64,000 nucleotides of DNA, from assembly GCA_950097015.1 (NCBI GenBank), contig CATNEN010000034.1:7378001-7442000 (forward strand), written 5' to 3'. The position numbers and the translations under genes were made by a program. How positions within the stretch are numbered: the stretch's first letter is position 1; each line of letters opens with the position of its first letter. Shown here one piece after another: positions 12,608 through 25,026 of this stretch. Under the pieces are notes generated by a model. That model was not told the DNA's origin, ran no database searches, and saw nothing but the letters and a program-made list of their open reading frames with translations. The DNA is from Macrostomum hystrix (taxonomy: Eukaryota > Animalia > Platyhelminthes).

Positions 12608-12863
12608 CAGGGGTCGGCAACCTTTTTACTTTGCGGGCCAGATTAAGAATTCAGCGGGTGACTGAGGGCCAGTGTTTTAAGTGTGATAGTAAAGAGCACT
12701 AGTAACTGTGGTATATTTTTTGTTTATCAACGTTTATAGTTTAAAATTACAGAATACGCATATATTTGGTGTTTTGCTTCACAGCTTAGAGCAGACACAA
12801 TCGCCTTGCCGAGAGGCTTCGGGGGCCGGATCTGGCCCGCGGGCCGGAGGTTGCCGACCCCTG
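12608..12863. mobile_element. Non-autonomous hAT (Charlie-like) MITE
   Basis: TIRs CAGGGGTCGGCAACCT / AGGTTGCCGACCCCTG; perfect 8-bp TSD atatatag. Confidence 0.93.
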
Positions 12864-12969
12864 ATATATAGTAACATACAATTTTAATTATGATAGCTAT
12901 TTGTATAGATTAAAAGATACCGTACCAAAAATAACTTGCACATATATCTTTATAACCAATGAAGAACCA

Positions 12970-13145
12970 AGGAGAGAGGGGAAAGGTGAAAGGAGCGGAG
13001 AGAGGGGAAAGGTGATGCAAACGGAGAAAAGTGAGCAGGTGAAGGGAGCAAAGAGAAGTGAGCAGGTGAAGGGAGTGAAAAGAAGTGAGCAGGTGAAGGA
13101 GCGAGCAGGTGAAGTGAGCAGGTGAAGGCAGGTGCAGGTGCAAGT
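12970..13145. repeat. Degenerate copy of the 27-bp GA-rich repeat
   Basis: gaagggagcaaagagaagtgagcaggt units match 10600-10990. Confidence 0.8.
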
Positions 13146-13399
13146 GAAGACCTATGTTAAATTATGTTTGGCTATAAGGCAATTAAAAGGTTATTATTGT
13201 GAGTGTGACTATTCGTGTAGGGCCTATGCTATGACAAGGTGTTCAAAAGCTATGAGTGAAAAAGTAACTAGGTGACAAACCTTCAAAAAGGCACAAGCAC
13301 TTGCAGATGACAAACTAATAGGTAAAGGTAAGTAGGATAACAAAGTGTCTGATATTGCAAAGAATATAGGCCTAAGGGTATTTATTTTATGGAAGTGCT

Positions 13400-14010
13400 T
13401 ATTCCCACGGTACTGTGCCGATAATTTTCTGCTTATCCACATGGCAGCTTATATTAATAGGTCTACTTTTTAAGTCCCTACCTATTGTTCTCTGAGCATA
13501 AGGCTTTTGCTTCAGAGTATAGTGTATAGTGTACACTACCAATGAATAGTATAAAATAATAACAATGATATATAATATGTGTGACGAGTTTGGTGCTGAC
13601 TAGAATTATGCTGGTTGACCTGTATGATTTTCTTTGTTAGACTTCTTACTTTTTAAGTCAATACCATTCAAATGAAAACATGTAACGATGACAAAAGATT
13701 TAGTAAGTTGTGAATGTGTAGGATGTGAATATGAATTCAATGAATGTGTAGGTCGAAATGTAGAACACTGTTGTAACACACTGGCAACTTAGTCAATCTA
13801 TTGGCTTGAGGGTTCAACAAAACATTCAAACCCAAAAGGGCCTCATTTCAAAGAACAGAACCATGTCGATAAAATTTAAATTAACGGCACGGCATATATA
13901 AAGAGTTGCAGACCTATTCATACAAGCGGCCATGTGGATAAGCAGAAAATTATCTGCACGGATCCATGTAGATAAAATTAAAATTATTGGCACGGGACCA
14001 TGGGAATAAA
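13400..14010. mobile_element. Possible MITE or foldback element bounded by inverted repeats
   Basis: ataattttctgcttatccacatggc (about 13420-13445) is the exact reverse complement of gccatgtggataagcagaaaattat (about 13929-13953). No clear TSD. Confidence 0.5.
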
Positions 14011-16547
14011 TAAGCTCTGTCTTATTTTATATATCCTTTCTTCCTGTACAATATTTCCTCACCATATTGATGTCCCAAATGCAAAGATACAAAATACCTG
14101 GATTTTGTAAATAAAGTAATACTTAATTTACAATAAATAGCTTTACAATCGAATCTACTCCAATGCATAATAAGCTACATCTTTTTTGCCAATGGCCTTT
14201 TATAAAAAAGGTAATACAAGACAAAAAGTACCTGGTTTGCGAATTAACATAGGCAAGGAGATAAGTTAAGTTCCTTTAAAATTAAATTTGGGGCATAATA
14301 TTGCCACTGTCTCTGCATAAATGGTATCCGCATACTGCATATGTAAAGTCACGATGTATACTAGGCCTACAAATTATTTTTATTTTTTCTAAACAAGTTA
14401 CATATTCTTGTCAATGCAGAAAAATAATAGCTACAAATTGCATAAAATCCAAGATTAAATTGATAACGAAGTTCTTATAAAATAAGATAAGATACGGGAG
14501 CGATATCTAATCGAATGTACCTAACTAATAAATTTGCACAATGCATGCACAACCGATGCACGTTTCGTTTTTTAAAACGAAAGTTTGGTTAGTTTAAATT
14601 TTTTGCAAATGTTAAGCAAAAATAATTAATAATTTTAAGTCTACAGTGCAGTTTTTTGCTTTTGATAGCTTTTTAAGTAAAAAAACATTTTCTAAGTGAA
14701 TGGCATGTTATAATAAGAAAATAGACACAAGTCGGTGGATATTTTTAACTTAGGTTATTTCAGACATTTAATATTTCGCCTTTATTTTGGTTTTTAAGTT
14801 TTATTTTATTTGAAGTGATTTTTTACCAAGGCCTGGCCGTTACTTTCGGCAAATTGGGATAATTTTTGTTACATTCGCCAGTCCCCGGCCGAAGGCCTGA
14901 AGGCTACTGCCTTCAACAGAACATACTAGAAATGTCAAAATAAAAAGCTATTTAGAAATCTAAAAATCAGTCGAAATGGAAAATTGAATTGAATATATGT
15001 AATTTTCCTATTAATACTCGTAGGTCGGGGTCGTAGCTGACAAACAAGTATGGTAAATCTGAAATTTAATTAAACGCGGGAAAGTAAAAGGTGGCCATAA
15101 TTTTATTAATTATTGTATATTTGTATTTATTTCTGTATTTGTCGCTATATTGTAAAATTTAATAAAAATGGTAAAAGTAAAAGATCGCCAAAATATAGAT
15201 TCGCATGTGATCATATTACAGTGGTATGGTTATGCCAAAATTCCCTTTTAGTTCCAATTCCAAGTTGTTATAAAAAATTCTGGCAAAAATTGTGTGGATA
15301 GCTAATTTCTAAATATAGCAACCAATTTTTTTCATTTGCTGGACAATAACTGGACAATACAACTGGACAATATGCTATAATTTAGCCTTATGGCTGGCTA
15401 GGCCTTCATTCAATTCAATAATGTATATATGTAATTGCTATATACTTTATTTACATTATCATTGTCATATTTTCATCAGCAACTACGTGCCAGAAATTTT
15501 CTTCGGCGGGATAGGCCACCCTAAGGGAGAGAAAAAAATTCCAAATCTTGAAGTATTTCATGGTCTGTTGCTAAAAAATCCCATTGCCTATTGTATACTA
15601 GAAAAATGGACTTGAAAAAGATTTGGCCAGCTGTTTGGGGGATATATATCCCCCTTCCCCCCTCCCTACGCCACTGTTCATGAGCTAGTTAGGAGTCTTG
15701 TAAACCAGAAGAGCTATTTGTAATAAGTGAGTAACATTATAGTAATTCTTTTTAAATATTCTATAAAACTATGCTAGGCTTAGCTATTAGTTTATTAGAG
15801 ACAGAATGATTTGCAAACTGCTAAAATCAAATATATATAAATTAAAATAGTATTTTATAATGTCAAATACAAATAATAAATAGTTTGTAGTCCTGTGCCT
15901 ACAATTCAGTGCAGTATTGATATAACCCATAGTCTAGATCATGTTATATGCACTGGAATTTGCCTTGTGGCTAGACCTGAAATGCAAAGTAAGTTTCAGT
16001 GTATATTTAAAATTTATGGCCAATGGGTTAGTGTCTAGGCCTATGGTAGAAATATGTCTTTAGTAAATAGTCCAAATGAATCATTATAAAATGACAGTTG
16101 TGCCAGACAGATTGGCATAGACAATGTTGCCTATTAATCATAGGACTTTTCCATATCCTACCAAGCACATGGATATTGACTAATAGGTGGGAGGCATTTA
16201 ACCAGCTAGCCAACTATTCAATTTTTAACCACCATCTACATTTTGTTGAATATAATAATATAATACTAATATACAAACACTGAAGTGCATATGGGGCCAT
16301 TGTAAAGTGAAATTTCATACAATGCATGAAAAAAGCAGGGCACACTTTCAAAGATACCTGTTAGGAATTGATGTTGCAACAACTCTACTCTGGAACTTTT
16401 AGTGTTTTTTTGCCAACATTTTGTATTGGTTTCAGCACTATTGCAGTTGAACTACTAACTAATACTTTTTTACTTGTTTATTATTTCAAAGTCAGATGAA
16501 AGATAATTTCACAAATGGAACTGTGGAATTGCAACTTGTCATATATA

Positions 16548-17139
16548 CTCAGCAACAGCTAAAACCCCCCAACTCACGCTGTCACATGGGCACAAAAGTT
16601 AAGCAATGTCTTTAATTCTAGTCTCAGTATTGTGTGTAGGAACCACGAGCATGCAAAAGTGCTGTGACTCGTTGTGGCATCCTGATCACCAGCCAGTTGA
16701 TTAACTCTTGGGCAGCTGCTGCCAGGCATTCAGCACCACCAGTCGCAACTGTTTAGCATTCTGTGGGGCATCCTGCTGAACTCTTCACTTTACAAAGTCC
16801 CAGACATGCTCGATGGGGTTCATGTCTGGAGACTTTGACGGCCAGTTCAATGTGCGAATGCCAAGCTGCTCCTTCAGCAGCTACACATGTGCTGCTCGAT
16901 GTGGCGCAGCGTTGTTGTCTTGAAGCATGCCATTCAGCGGGCCGCCAAAGGTTGTCGTAGCAAATGGCAGAAACTGCTGTTGAGTTGAGTTGCGCCACCC
17001 CCTCCCCAAATCCCCCATGCCGCACTTTGCGCTCGCGTCTGGCGGCGGCAGCCTTCCACATTTCTGAGTCACCAATGGCATACAAAACTTTTGGGCTGTG
17101 TGACAGTGTGAGTTGGGGGGGGGGTTAGCTGTTGCTGAG
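16548..17139 (-). mobile_element. Internally deleted Tc1/mariner element with a degenerate transposase C-terminus
   Basis: About 50-bp TIRs (ctcagcaacagctaa..ccccccaactcac.ctgtcaca) flanked by TA. The minus strand encodes LQDNNAAPHRA, WPSKSPDMNPIEHVW and RMPQRVTALLHARGSYTQY with stops and frameshifts. Confidence 0.92.
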
Positions 17140-17858
17140 TATATACAATTTAAAAAGATATCAAGTTATTTTCACCTAATAGTTGTGGATTGTGCCATTC
17201 TAAGTAGCAATAACAGTATGAAATTGGCAAAAACTGTTGCATACTGCTATCTATTGTATTAGGCCTATATATAATATTCCCTAGTAAGATTGACAATTAT
17301 CATCTCAATGTGTTTTTCTTCAAATTTTCCACTCATGTTAAATGTGTTTACTTTAAGCAATACATCCAAATATATAATGCAAATATGTATCTATACTCCT
17401 TATATCTGTTGCCTAGATAGAAAAACTTTTTTTTCTCATTTTGGTATGGTGTTTGCATAACCCAAAATTCCTAGGATGTTGTTCCTCTACTGACTACTTT
17501 GCATACTTTGCATGCTGCATACATTGCACATAATTGAAAGTGTTTTGACATGAGGGCCTGACTTCCTATTTTTCCTATTGATTTATTAATAGTGATATTA
17601 ACTCTGACTATGTGGAATTGATTGTCTTATCTGTTTAAAATGTTAGATAGCTTCACAATTCTATATTATACTATATACTATTAAAAAAACGAATGTGTCC
17701 TGAGTCTGGACTGTGAAGCCAGTCAACTGTGCCAGTGTGGTTAAAATAATTACATATTTCCCACATTTCAGCACAATTAATTATACAGCCTACAGGGCTT
17801 CAGACAGAAACTATTATATCTGGCAGACTTGGGTAGATAACAGCAATCCATTTGAATC

Positions 17859-20800
17859 ATGACATGTGATGTGTCATCAACTCCTAGCAGTCAGGTGTTC
17901 TCACCACTGACACTGTTTGAGTGCACAGTGACCAATGCGCAGATGCTTGTCGAATCTATGGCTGATAGGTAAAGTCCAAATTCAAGCAGAACTTATTCAG
18001 TTCGAGTTTCATATTCACAGTTTCTTCCACTTTGTTTACACAGGGAGCTGCTACGAGCACTAAAGATTGCCAACAGTCTGCACACTCACATTGTTGGCAT
18101 TATGGAGCCGCGATATGATCGAGTCTGTCAGCGCAGTGACGAACACGACGCCTGTCAGCTGCCACCGCCTTCGTTGATTATCAATCGACGCAGGCATCTG
18201 ACCCCGACGCCGCCAAATCAGCACGAGCTGCTGCAACAGCCTGCCTCTAAATTGGCCAAGATTAAAATGTGCACTAATGGCGGCGCACTGTCACCGTCCT
18301 CAGCTGGCTTTCCTAAGGTTGCTGGATTGCGTTCCGTCCATTTTCATTAAATATATTAGTTTTATACTGTTTGAGCACAGAACAAAAATAGTCTATATGT
18401 GATCTTTCAGTGCAAGTAATTCGTTTATGGGTTTGAGGCTTGCACCTAAAGGCTTAGATGCTAGTGGATTCCACTTATATTGAATTAGGGGTTTGAGGCT
18501 TGCACCTGAAGGCTAAGAGGCTAGTGGATTCCACTTATAATGGATTAGGGGTTTGAGGCTTGCACCTGAAGGCTAAGAGGCTAGTGGATTCCACTTATAA
18601 TGAATTAGGGGTTTGAGGCTTGCACCTGAAGGCTAAGAGGCTAGTGGATTCCACTTATAATGAATTAGGGGTTTGAGGCTTGCACCTGAAGGTTCAGAGG
18701 CTAGTGGATTCCACTTATAATGAATTAGGGGTTTGAGGCTTGCACCTGAAGGCTAAGAGGCTAGTGGATTCCACTTATAATGAATTAGGGGTTTGAGGCT
18801 TGCACCTGAAGGTTCAGAGGCTAGTGGATTCCACTTATAATGGATTAGGGGTTTGAGCTAGCTAGGCATGGATAAGTAGGTCGCTCTGCGTATGTACGAT
18901 ATTATTAGCTTTATACAACTAAGGTAGCATTAGTTTTATACGTACTCAAATAACTGAACTGCAGGTTGAACCATCGGTTGAGCAAATGGGCGAAGCTCTC
19001 CATGACGTTACCGGAGCCGACGAAGAATCTTCAACTGGCGCGGCAGCTCTGGGAGCCTACCCCGACGAAAATTTCTTGGACGAAGAGGACGACTGCCTTC
19101 TAGTAGAAGATTCCTGCGAAGGCGTCCTTGGCAGCGGTGCCGGTGCCGGAGTCTCTGCTTTGTCGGCGCCCGCAGGCATCGGCCAGCTTCCTCGCCGGCG
19201 TCAACGCCGTCAGCCGCGTCGTTCCTCCGCTGCCGCTGCGTCGGCATCCGCCGCAGACGACGATGACAACGAAGGCGGCTTCAGCGGCGCCGATCTGAGC
19301 GGATTGGGCATCGCTGGTGCTCCCGGATCGCAGACGGATGTGGCCTCGCTATGCAAGAGTGCCATTCACCTGGCCTACAAAGAGATGAAAGGCAGCGGGC
19401 CGCATCTGTTTGACTTCAGCCTGCCGTGAGTTTTTATGGCTGTGAAATGCTGTTCAGTCTTCAGATTCAATACATATTTAGGATGGTAAGAAGTGGGTCA
19501 GTAAGGACCAGTGGGTCAGTAAGGACTAGTGGGTCAGTGAGGGCCAGTGTGTCAGTAAGGACCAATGGGTCAGTATGAATCAGTGGGTCAGTAAGGACCA
19601 GTGGATCAGTATGGACCAGTGGGTCAGTAAGGACCAGTGGATCAGTATGGATCAGTGGGTCAGTAAGGACCAGTGGGTCAGTAAGGACCAGTGGATCAGT
19701 ATGGATCAGTGGGTCAGTAAGGACCAGTGGGTCAGTGAGGACCAGTGGATCAGTATAGATCAGTGGGTCAGTAAGGACCAGTGGGTCAGTGATGGCCAGT
19801 GGGTCAGTAAGGACCAGTGGGTCTGTGAGGACCAGTGGGTCAGTAAGGACCAGTGGGTCAGTGAGGACCAGTGGGTCAGTAAGGATCGGTGGGTCAGGAA
19901 GGATCGGTGGGTCAGTTGTAATCAGTGAGTCACTCATTACCATCACTAATGATTTACAACGCTGGCGGCGCAGTTTCAGCGATCCGGTGAATTCCACTGC
20001 CGCTGAGCAGGTGATCAATAGAGCCATGCAGCTGCAGCCGCAGGTTGACGTGCCCCCCGATGTTTGGTGGAGTAAGCATCGTGTTCTTTGTTGCTTTTTG
20101 TGACAAATTCTTATTTTTATTTAATGTAGAATGGCTCCTTACTCTCTCTCTCCTTGCTTTATTTTGGGCCGTCTGTTGCAATTGACTAAGCGAAGCAATC
20201 GCGCCAGTTCAAACTATAGGACCTATATGACATTAATTAACTAATCAGCAGGTTTCCATATAGATGAATAGAAATATCAATGATGTAAAAATAGTTTTGC
20301 TGTTCCTCTATTTCAGTCATTTATAAAAAGCAGAGAGAGAGGGTTATTCAATAAATAAATTTCTTTCCAAATTAGACTAGAGGCATTGTTTAGTGTGCGC
20401 TCTCTAAAACTATTGGCAGGCCAATTGTGCCCCGTTGAGCTAAACCGGCAAGCCAGATCTGAGAAGCTGTGGCGTCAGCGAATGCTCATGAGACGTCTAA
20501 GATCCAAGGATAGTGTAGGTTTTGCCAACACATTCGCCTTTTTTCATCCCATTTTTGTAATCTCTTCTATTCGCTTTTGTGGGTCACTTGCTTTTATGTA
20601 TTCTCTGAGATCTTCCAATATTGTCCTAGTGACAAAAATGGTCAATATTCCATCAGAGAATTGTCGAAATGGCTAACAAACCGATCGAATTCCATCAGAC
20701 AATTGTCGAAATGACTTACAAACCGATCGAATTCCATCAGACAATTGTCGAAATGACTTACAAACCGATCGAATTCCATCAGACAACTGTCGAAACGACT

Positions 20801-23403
20801 TACAAACTGATCGAATTCCATCAGACAATTGTCGAAATGGCTTACAACTGATCGAATTCCATCAGACAATTGTCGAAACGACTTACAAACTGATCGAATT
20901 CCATCAGACAACTGTCGAAACGACTTACAAACGATGGATCGAATTCCATCAGACAATTGTCGAAACGACTTACAAACTGATCGAATTCCATCAGACAATT
21001 GTCGAAACGACTTACAAAGTGATCGAATTCCATCAGACAACTGTCGAAACGACTTACAAACTGATCGAATTCCATCAGACAATTGTCGAAACGACTTACA
21101 AGCCGATCGAATTCCATCAGACAATTGTCGAAACGACTTACAAACTGATCGAATTCCATCAGACAACTGTCGAAACGACTTACAAACGATGGATCGAATT
21201 CCATCAGACAATTGTCGAAACGACTTACAAACTGATCGAATTCCATCAGACAATTGTCGAAACGACTTACAAGCCGATCGAATTCCATCAGACAATTGTC
21301 GAAATGACTTACAAACCGATCGAATTCCATCAGACAATTGTCCAAATGGCTAACAAAACGATCGAATTCCATCAGACAATTAGCGAAACGACTTACAAAG
21401 TGATCGAATTCCATCAGACAATTGTCGAAACGACTTACAAACTGATCGAATTCCGTCAGATAATTGTCGAAACGGCTTACAACTGATCGAATTCCATCAG
21501 ACAATTGTCGAAACGACTTACAAACTGATCGAATTCCATCAGACAATTGTCGAAACGGCTTACAACCCGATCGAATTCTATCAGACAATTGTCGAAACGA
21601 CTTACAAACTGATCGAATTCCGTCAGAAAATTGTCGAAACGGCTTACAACTGATCGAATTCCATCAGACAACTGTCGAAATGACTTACAACCCGATCGAA
21701 TTCCATCAGATAATTGTCGAAACGACTTACAAACTGATCGAATTCCGTCAGAAAATTGTCGAAACGGCTTACAACTGATCGAATTCCATCAGACAACTGT
21801 CGAAATGACTTACAAACTGATCGAATTCCATCAGACAATTGTCGAAATGACTTACAAACTGATCGAATTCCATCAGACAATTGTCGAAATCGCTAACAAA
21901 CCGATCGAATTCCATCAGATAATTGTCGAAACGACTTACAAAGTGATCGAATTCCATCAGAAAATTGTCAAAATTGGCTAATTAACTGGTCGACTTCCGA
22001 ACTTATAATTAAATAATGTGATTTGTTTCGGACGCAATTAAGAGTAAATGGGTTTCAAAGTGACCTTTTCCCTTCAAAATCAAATCAGCTTAGACGTATT
22101 TTTGCGAGTATATTGACGCTATAACTGTTGTGTCACTTGTTGTATTTTTAAAGCATTCCTTTTTTACTTTTTCCACTGGACAAGGAGAGAGACGGGAGTC
22201 TATAGCAGGCGAGCGAGTTATTTATGGAACTAGATCATGTTTAACTGTGTGAGGTCATCCAATCGGTGTTGCAGAGTCTCTAGGTCGACAATTTTCAATG
22301 GAGAAGTACAACTGCACAGCCAAGTTTCGCATGCGCAGGCACAGATATATGTGCAGGGTAAATTAGCTGAACCGTCATCATATAGATAGCGCCTTGTAGC
22401 TCTTTTCTGTTTTATTCAATTTACCTGCTCTAACTGAGCTGCGTACTACCTATTGACAACACCTGCTAGTGCTAAAGGTTTTAAATAATCATATTGTTGT
22501 TTAGTTATTCTCACTGATATCACAATCCTGAAGTCTGTCCTTCACTGCATCCAGATCCTGAAGTCTGTCCTTCACTGCATCCATATTCTGAAGTCTGTCC
22601 TTCACTGCATCCAGATCCTGAAGTCTGTCCTTCACTGCATCCAGATTCTGAAGTCTGTCCTTCACTGCATCCAGATTCTGAAGTCTGTCCTTCACTGCAT
22701 CCAGATCCTGAAGTCTGTCCTTCACTGCATCCAGATTCTGAAGTCTGTCCTTCACTGCATCCAGATCCTGAAGTCTGTCCTTCACCGCCTCCAGATCCTG
22801 AAGTCTGTCCTTCACTGCATCCAGATCCTGAAGTCTGTCCTTCACCGCCTCCAGATCCTGAAGTCTGTCCTTCACCGCCTCCAGATCCTGAAGTCTGTCC
22901 TTCACTGCATCCAGATCCTGAAGTCTGTCCTTCACTGCATCCAGATCCTGAAGTCGCGTCCCAATCCCGATATACTTTTCTCTGTCCCGCAGAAGCTGAC
23001 TCGCCGACAGAAAAGTTTCGAACTAATCGCGCCCACGCTCAACACTGAAGCATTCGACAAGTTCCGCCTGATCCTGTCTCGCGACTACACCTCCTCTGAT
23101 GAAGAGGCCGAAGATTTTCCTCCGTCCGGCGGTGGGTCCTCCACCTCCGCCACCGCATTCGCCGGAGCTCCGCTGCGCGTACGCGAACTGCCCTGGGAGT
23201 CGGATGAGATGGGCCAAATGAAGCGCCAATTAGACGCCGCCTATTTAGAATCCTGCGCAACCGCTCGTCAAACTGAACAGCTGCGCAGGGTGTCCCGCGG
23301 CACCGGCTGCGTCAGCGCCCGGCCTCCGCCAGCCGACTGTCCCAACTGGGCCATTCGACGAGACGATGGGGGCGGCGCGGGCGTTGGTAGCATTCTGGAA
23401 TGA
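17859..23403 (+). CDS. Paralog A, uncharacterised protein with a C14orf93/DUF4616-like C-terminus; exons 17859-17968, 18044-18317, 18965-19425, 19974-20071, [candidate 22275-22357], 22993-23403
   Basis: Exons defined by homology to paralog B (FSPLTLFE, NAQML.ESMA, MEPR..R.C.RSD, GPHLFDFS.P, KL.RRQ.SFEL, RDYTSSDEE, LRVRELPWESDE, KRQLD, S.RPPP...P.WA) and phase-consistent splice sites. The fifth exon is tentative, the 18318 donor (GTTGCT) is weak, and the family label is from recalled motif pattern only. Confidence 0.75.
18428..18858. repeat. 60-bp minisatellite, about 7 copies, in paralog A intron 2
   Basis: Consecutive sequence lines repeat with period 60. Confidence 0.97.
19490..19925. repeat. 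18-bp minisatellite (cagtgggtcagtaaggac) in paralog A intron 3
   Basis: Tandem units visible. Confidence 0.95.
20645..21975. repeat. About 42-bp minisatellite (gatcgaattccatcagacaattgtcgaaacgacttacaaact) in paralog A
   Basis: Tandem units with 41-45 bp variants; contains the palindrome gacaattgtc. Confidence 0.95.
22522..22955. repeat. 30-bp minisatellite (cctgaagtctgtccttcactgcatccagat) in paralog A
   Basis: About 14 tandem units. Confidence 0.97.
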
Positions 23404-23734
23404 AAGAGAACTGACGTTTTTTTTCAAAAACTACTTAAAGTAGTTTAGAATTTTTTTACCGAAATTTATTTTTTACTGTTGTACTTTTGTCGATTCGCTT
23501 GTATGTGTCCAGTTATAGGACCAACACTGAAGTAGGCAATTTTAACCGTTTAATTTAGATTTTTATTGACATTCTCACTGTCTACGTTTTTTGCATGTCT
23601 CGTATAATCCTAAAGGGGGAGATTTCCAAAACAGAATTTCTGGTGAACAAATTGAATTCTCCTTTGTTAAAAATATTCATAAAATTTTGGGTTCTTAAAA
23701 TCCGACAGATAATATTTTGGGTACTCATTTTAAG

Positions 23735-24100
23735 GTGAGATTTCAGATTCCAAATCTCATGGGTGAGATTTCAGATTCCTATTCTCACAGCTGAGATTTC
23801 AGATTCCTCATCTCATGGGTAAGATTTCAGACTCCTAATCTCATGGGTGAGATTTCAGACTCCTAATCTCATAGGTGAGAATTCAGACTCCTAATCTCAT
23901 AGGTGAGATTTCAGACTCCTAATCTCATAGGTGAGATTTCAGACTCCTAATCTCATAGGTGAGATTTCAGACTCCTAATCTCATAGGTTAGATTTCAGAC
24001 TCCTAATCTCATAGGTGAGAATTCAGACTCCTAATCTCATAGGTGAGAATTCAGACTCCTAATCTCATATGGGGGATTTCCAATTCTGAATCTCTAATTG
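23735..24100. repeat. 28-bp minisatellite (gagatttcagactcctaatctcataggt) between the paralogs
   Basis: Tandem units visible. Confidence 0.92.
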
Positions 24101-24661
24101 AGATTTCGGATTCCTTGTTTGTGCTACTATATAATTTATTTAGTTAATTAATATTTATTAAGCTAGAAGTAGTTGTTTTATCTATAACCGATTGCTTTCT
24201 GAAGTCGCCCTGTCCTAATTATTTGTTGTTGAATTTGCATTTAATATTCTCGTCTTACAGTGTTTGTATATGTTTTTTTCTTCGACAAAGGGCAGGGCAG
24301 TTAGTTGTCATCAATGAAAAAATAACATAACTTCTGGTTTGTTGTGTTTTAAAAACTAGCTGATTTCATTTCATAAAATGAAATCTGTAATTTACCAGTT
24401 GTGTCCATACAGTATTGCCGCCTCAATTTCACATATTATGTTAAATAAGTACAATATTCGACATTGCTTACGCGTGCAATTAAATTTCTTTTGAATCGAT
24501 GCAGCAGTGCTTGATTGAATAATTTTCATTTCTTTATTCACTGCCACTTTTAATTATAGATTTTGCAAAGAAAGGTGAAAACATAAAATTATTAGTTATT
24601 CAAATATGGCTACTTTCAGTAGGAGAGTTTACATTTTGTATTTGCTCACTACTTGCTAGGG

Positions 24662-24894
24662 CAGGGGTCGGCAAACTTATTAGCATGCGGGCCATGGAGA
24701 GAACCTATAAGACCAGCTGGCTGCATTGACTGTAGGAATATAAGAAAGGAGTTAGATAAGACAGGTGGGAGATTAGACACGGGAGAGAGGAGAAAGGGAA
24801 GAGATTAGACATTGGTGTTAAAAGGGGCAACGGGTCGGATTTGGGAGCTTTGAGGGCCGCATCTGGCCCGTGGGCCAGAGTTTGCCGATCCCTG
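24662..24894. mobile_element. hAT MITE, family 2, short copy
   Basis: TIRs CAGGGGTCGGCAAAC / GTTTGCCGATCCCTG; TSD tgctaggg / agctaggg (7 of 8). Confidence 0.9.
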
Positions 24895-25026
24895 AGCTAG
24901 GGACTAGAGACCTTGTATAGGAAAGAAAATCTATAGGAAATTTGACCGCTTTTGCCTACTATTAGTAGAACAGTTAAGACATTTTTTATTCACTTTTGTG
25001 TTATCTAAAATATTCCAGCTCTAAAA

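Noticed and set aside
15478-15676. Possible MITE ending in ccctacgccactg
   Set aside because: The left terminus is too degenerate and no TSD was found.
18102-18350. Track ORF as a stand-alone 82-aa gene
   Set aside because: It is part of exon 2 of paralog A; homology to B extends upstream across a 75-bp intron to the ATG at 17859.
20208-20284. 77-nt CAG...GT interval in paralog A that would match B's alternative exons
   Set aside because: It has an in-frame TGA after seven codons and no similarity to B's exons; coincidental.
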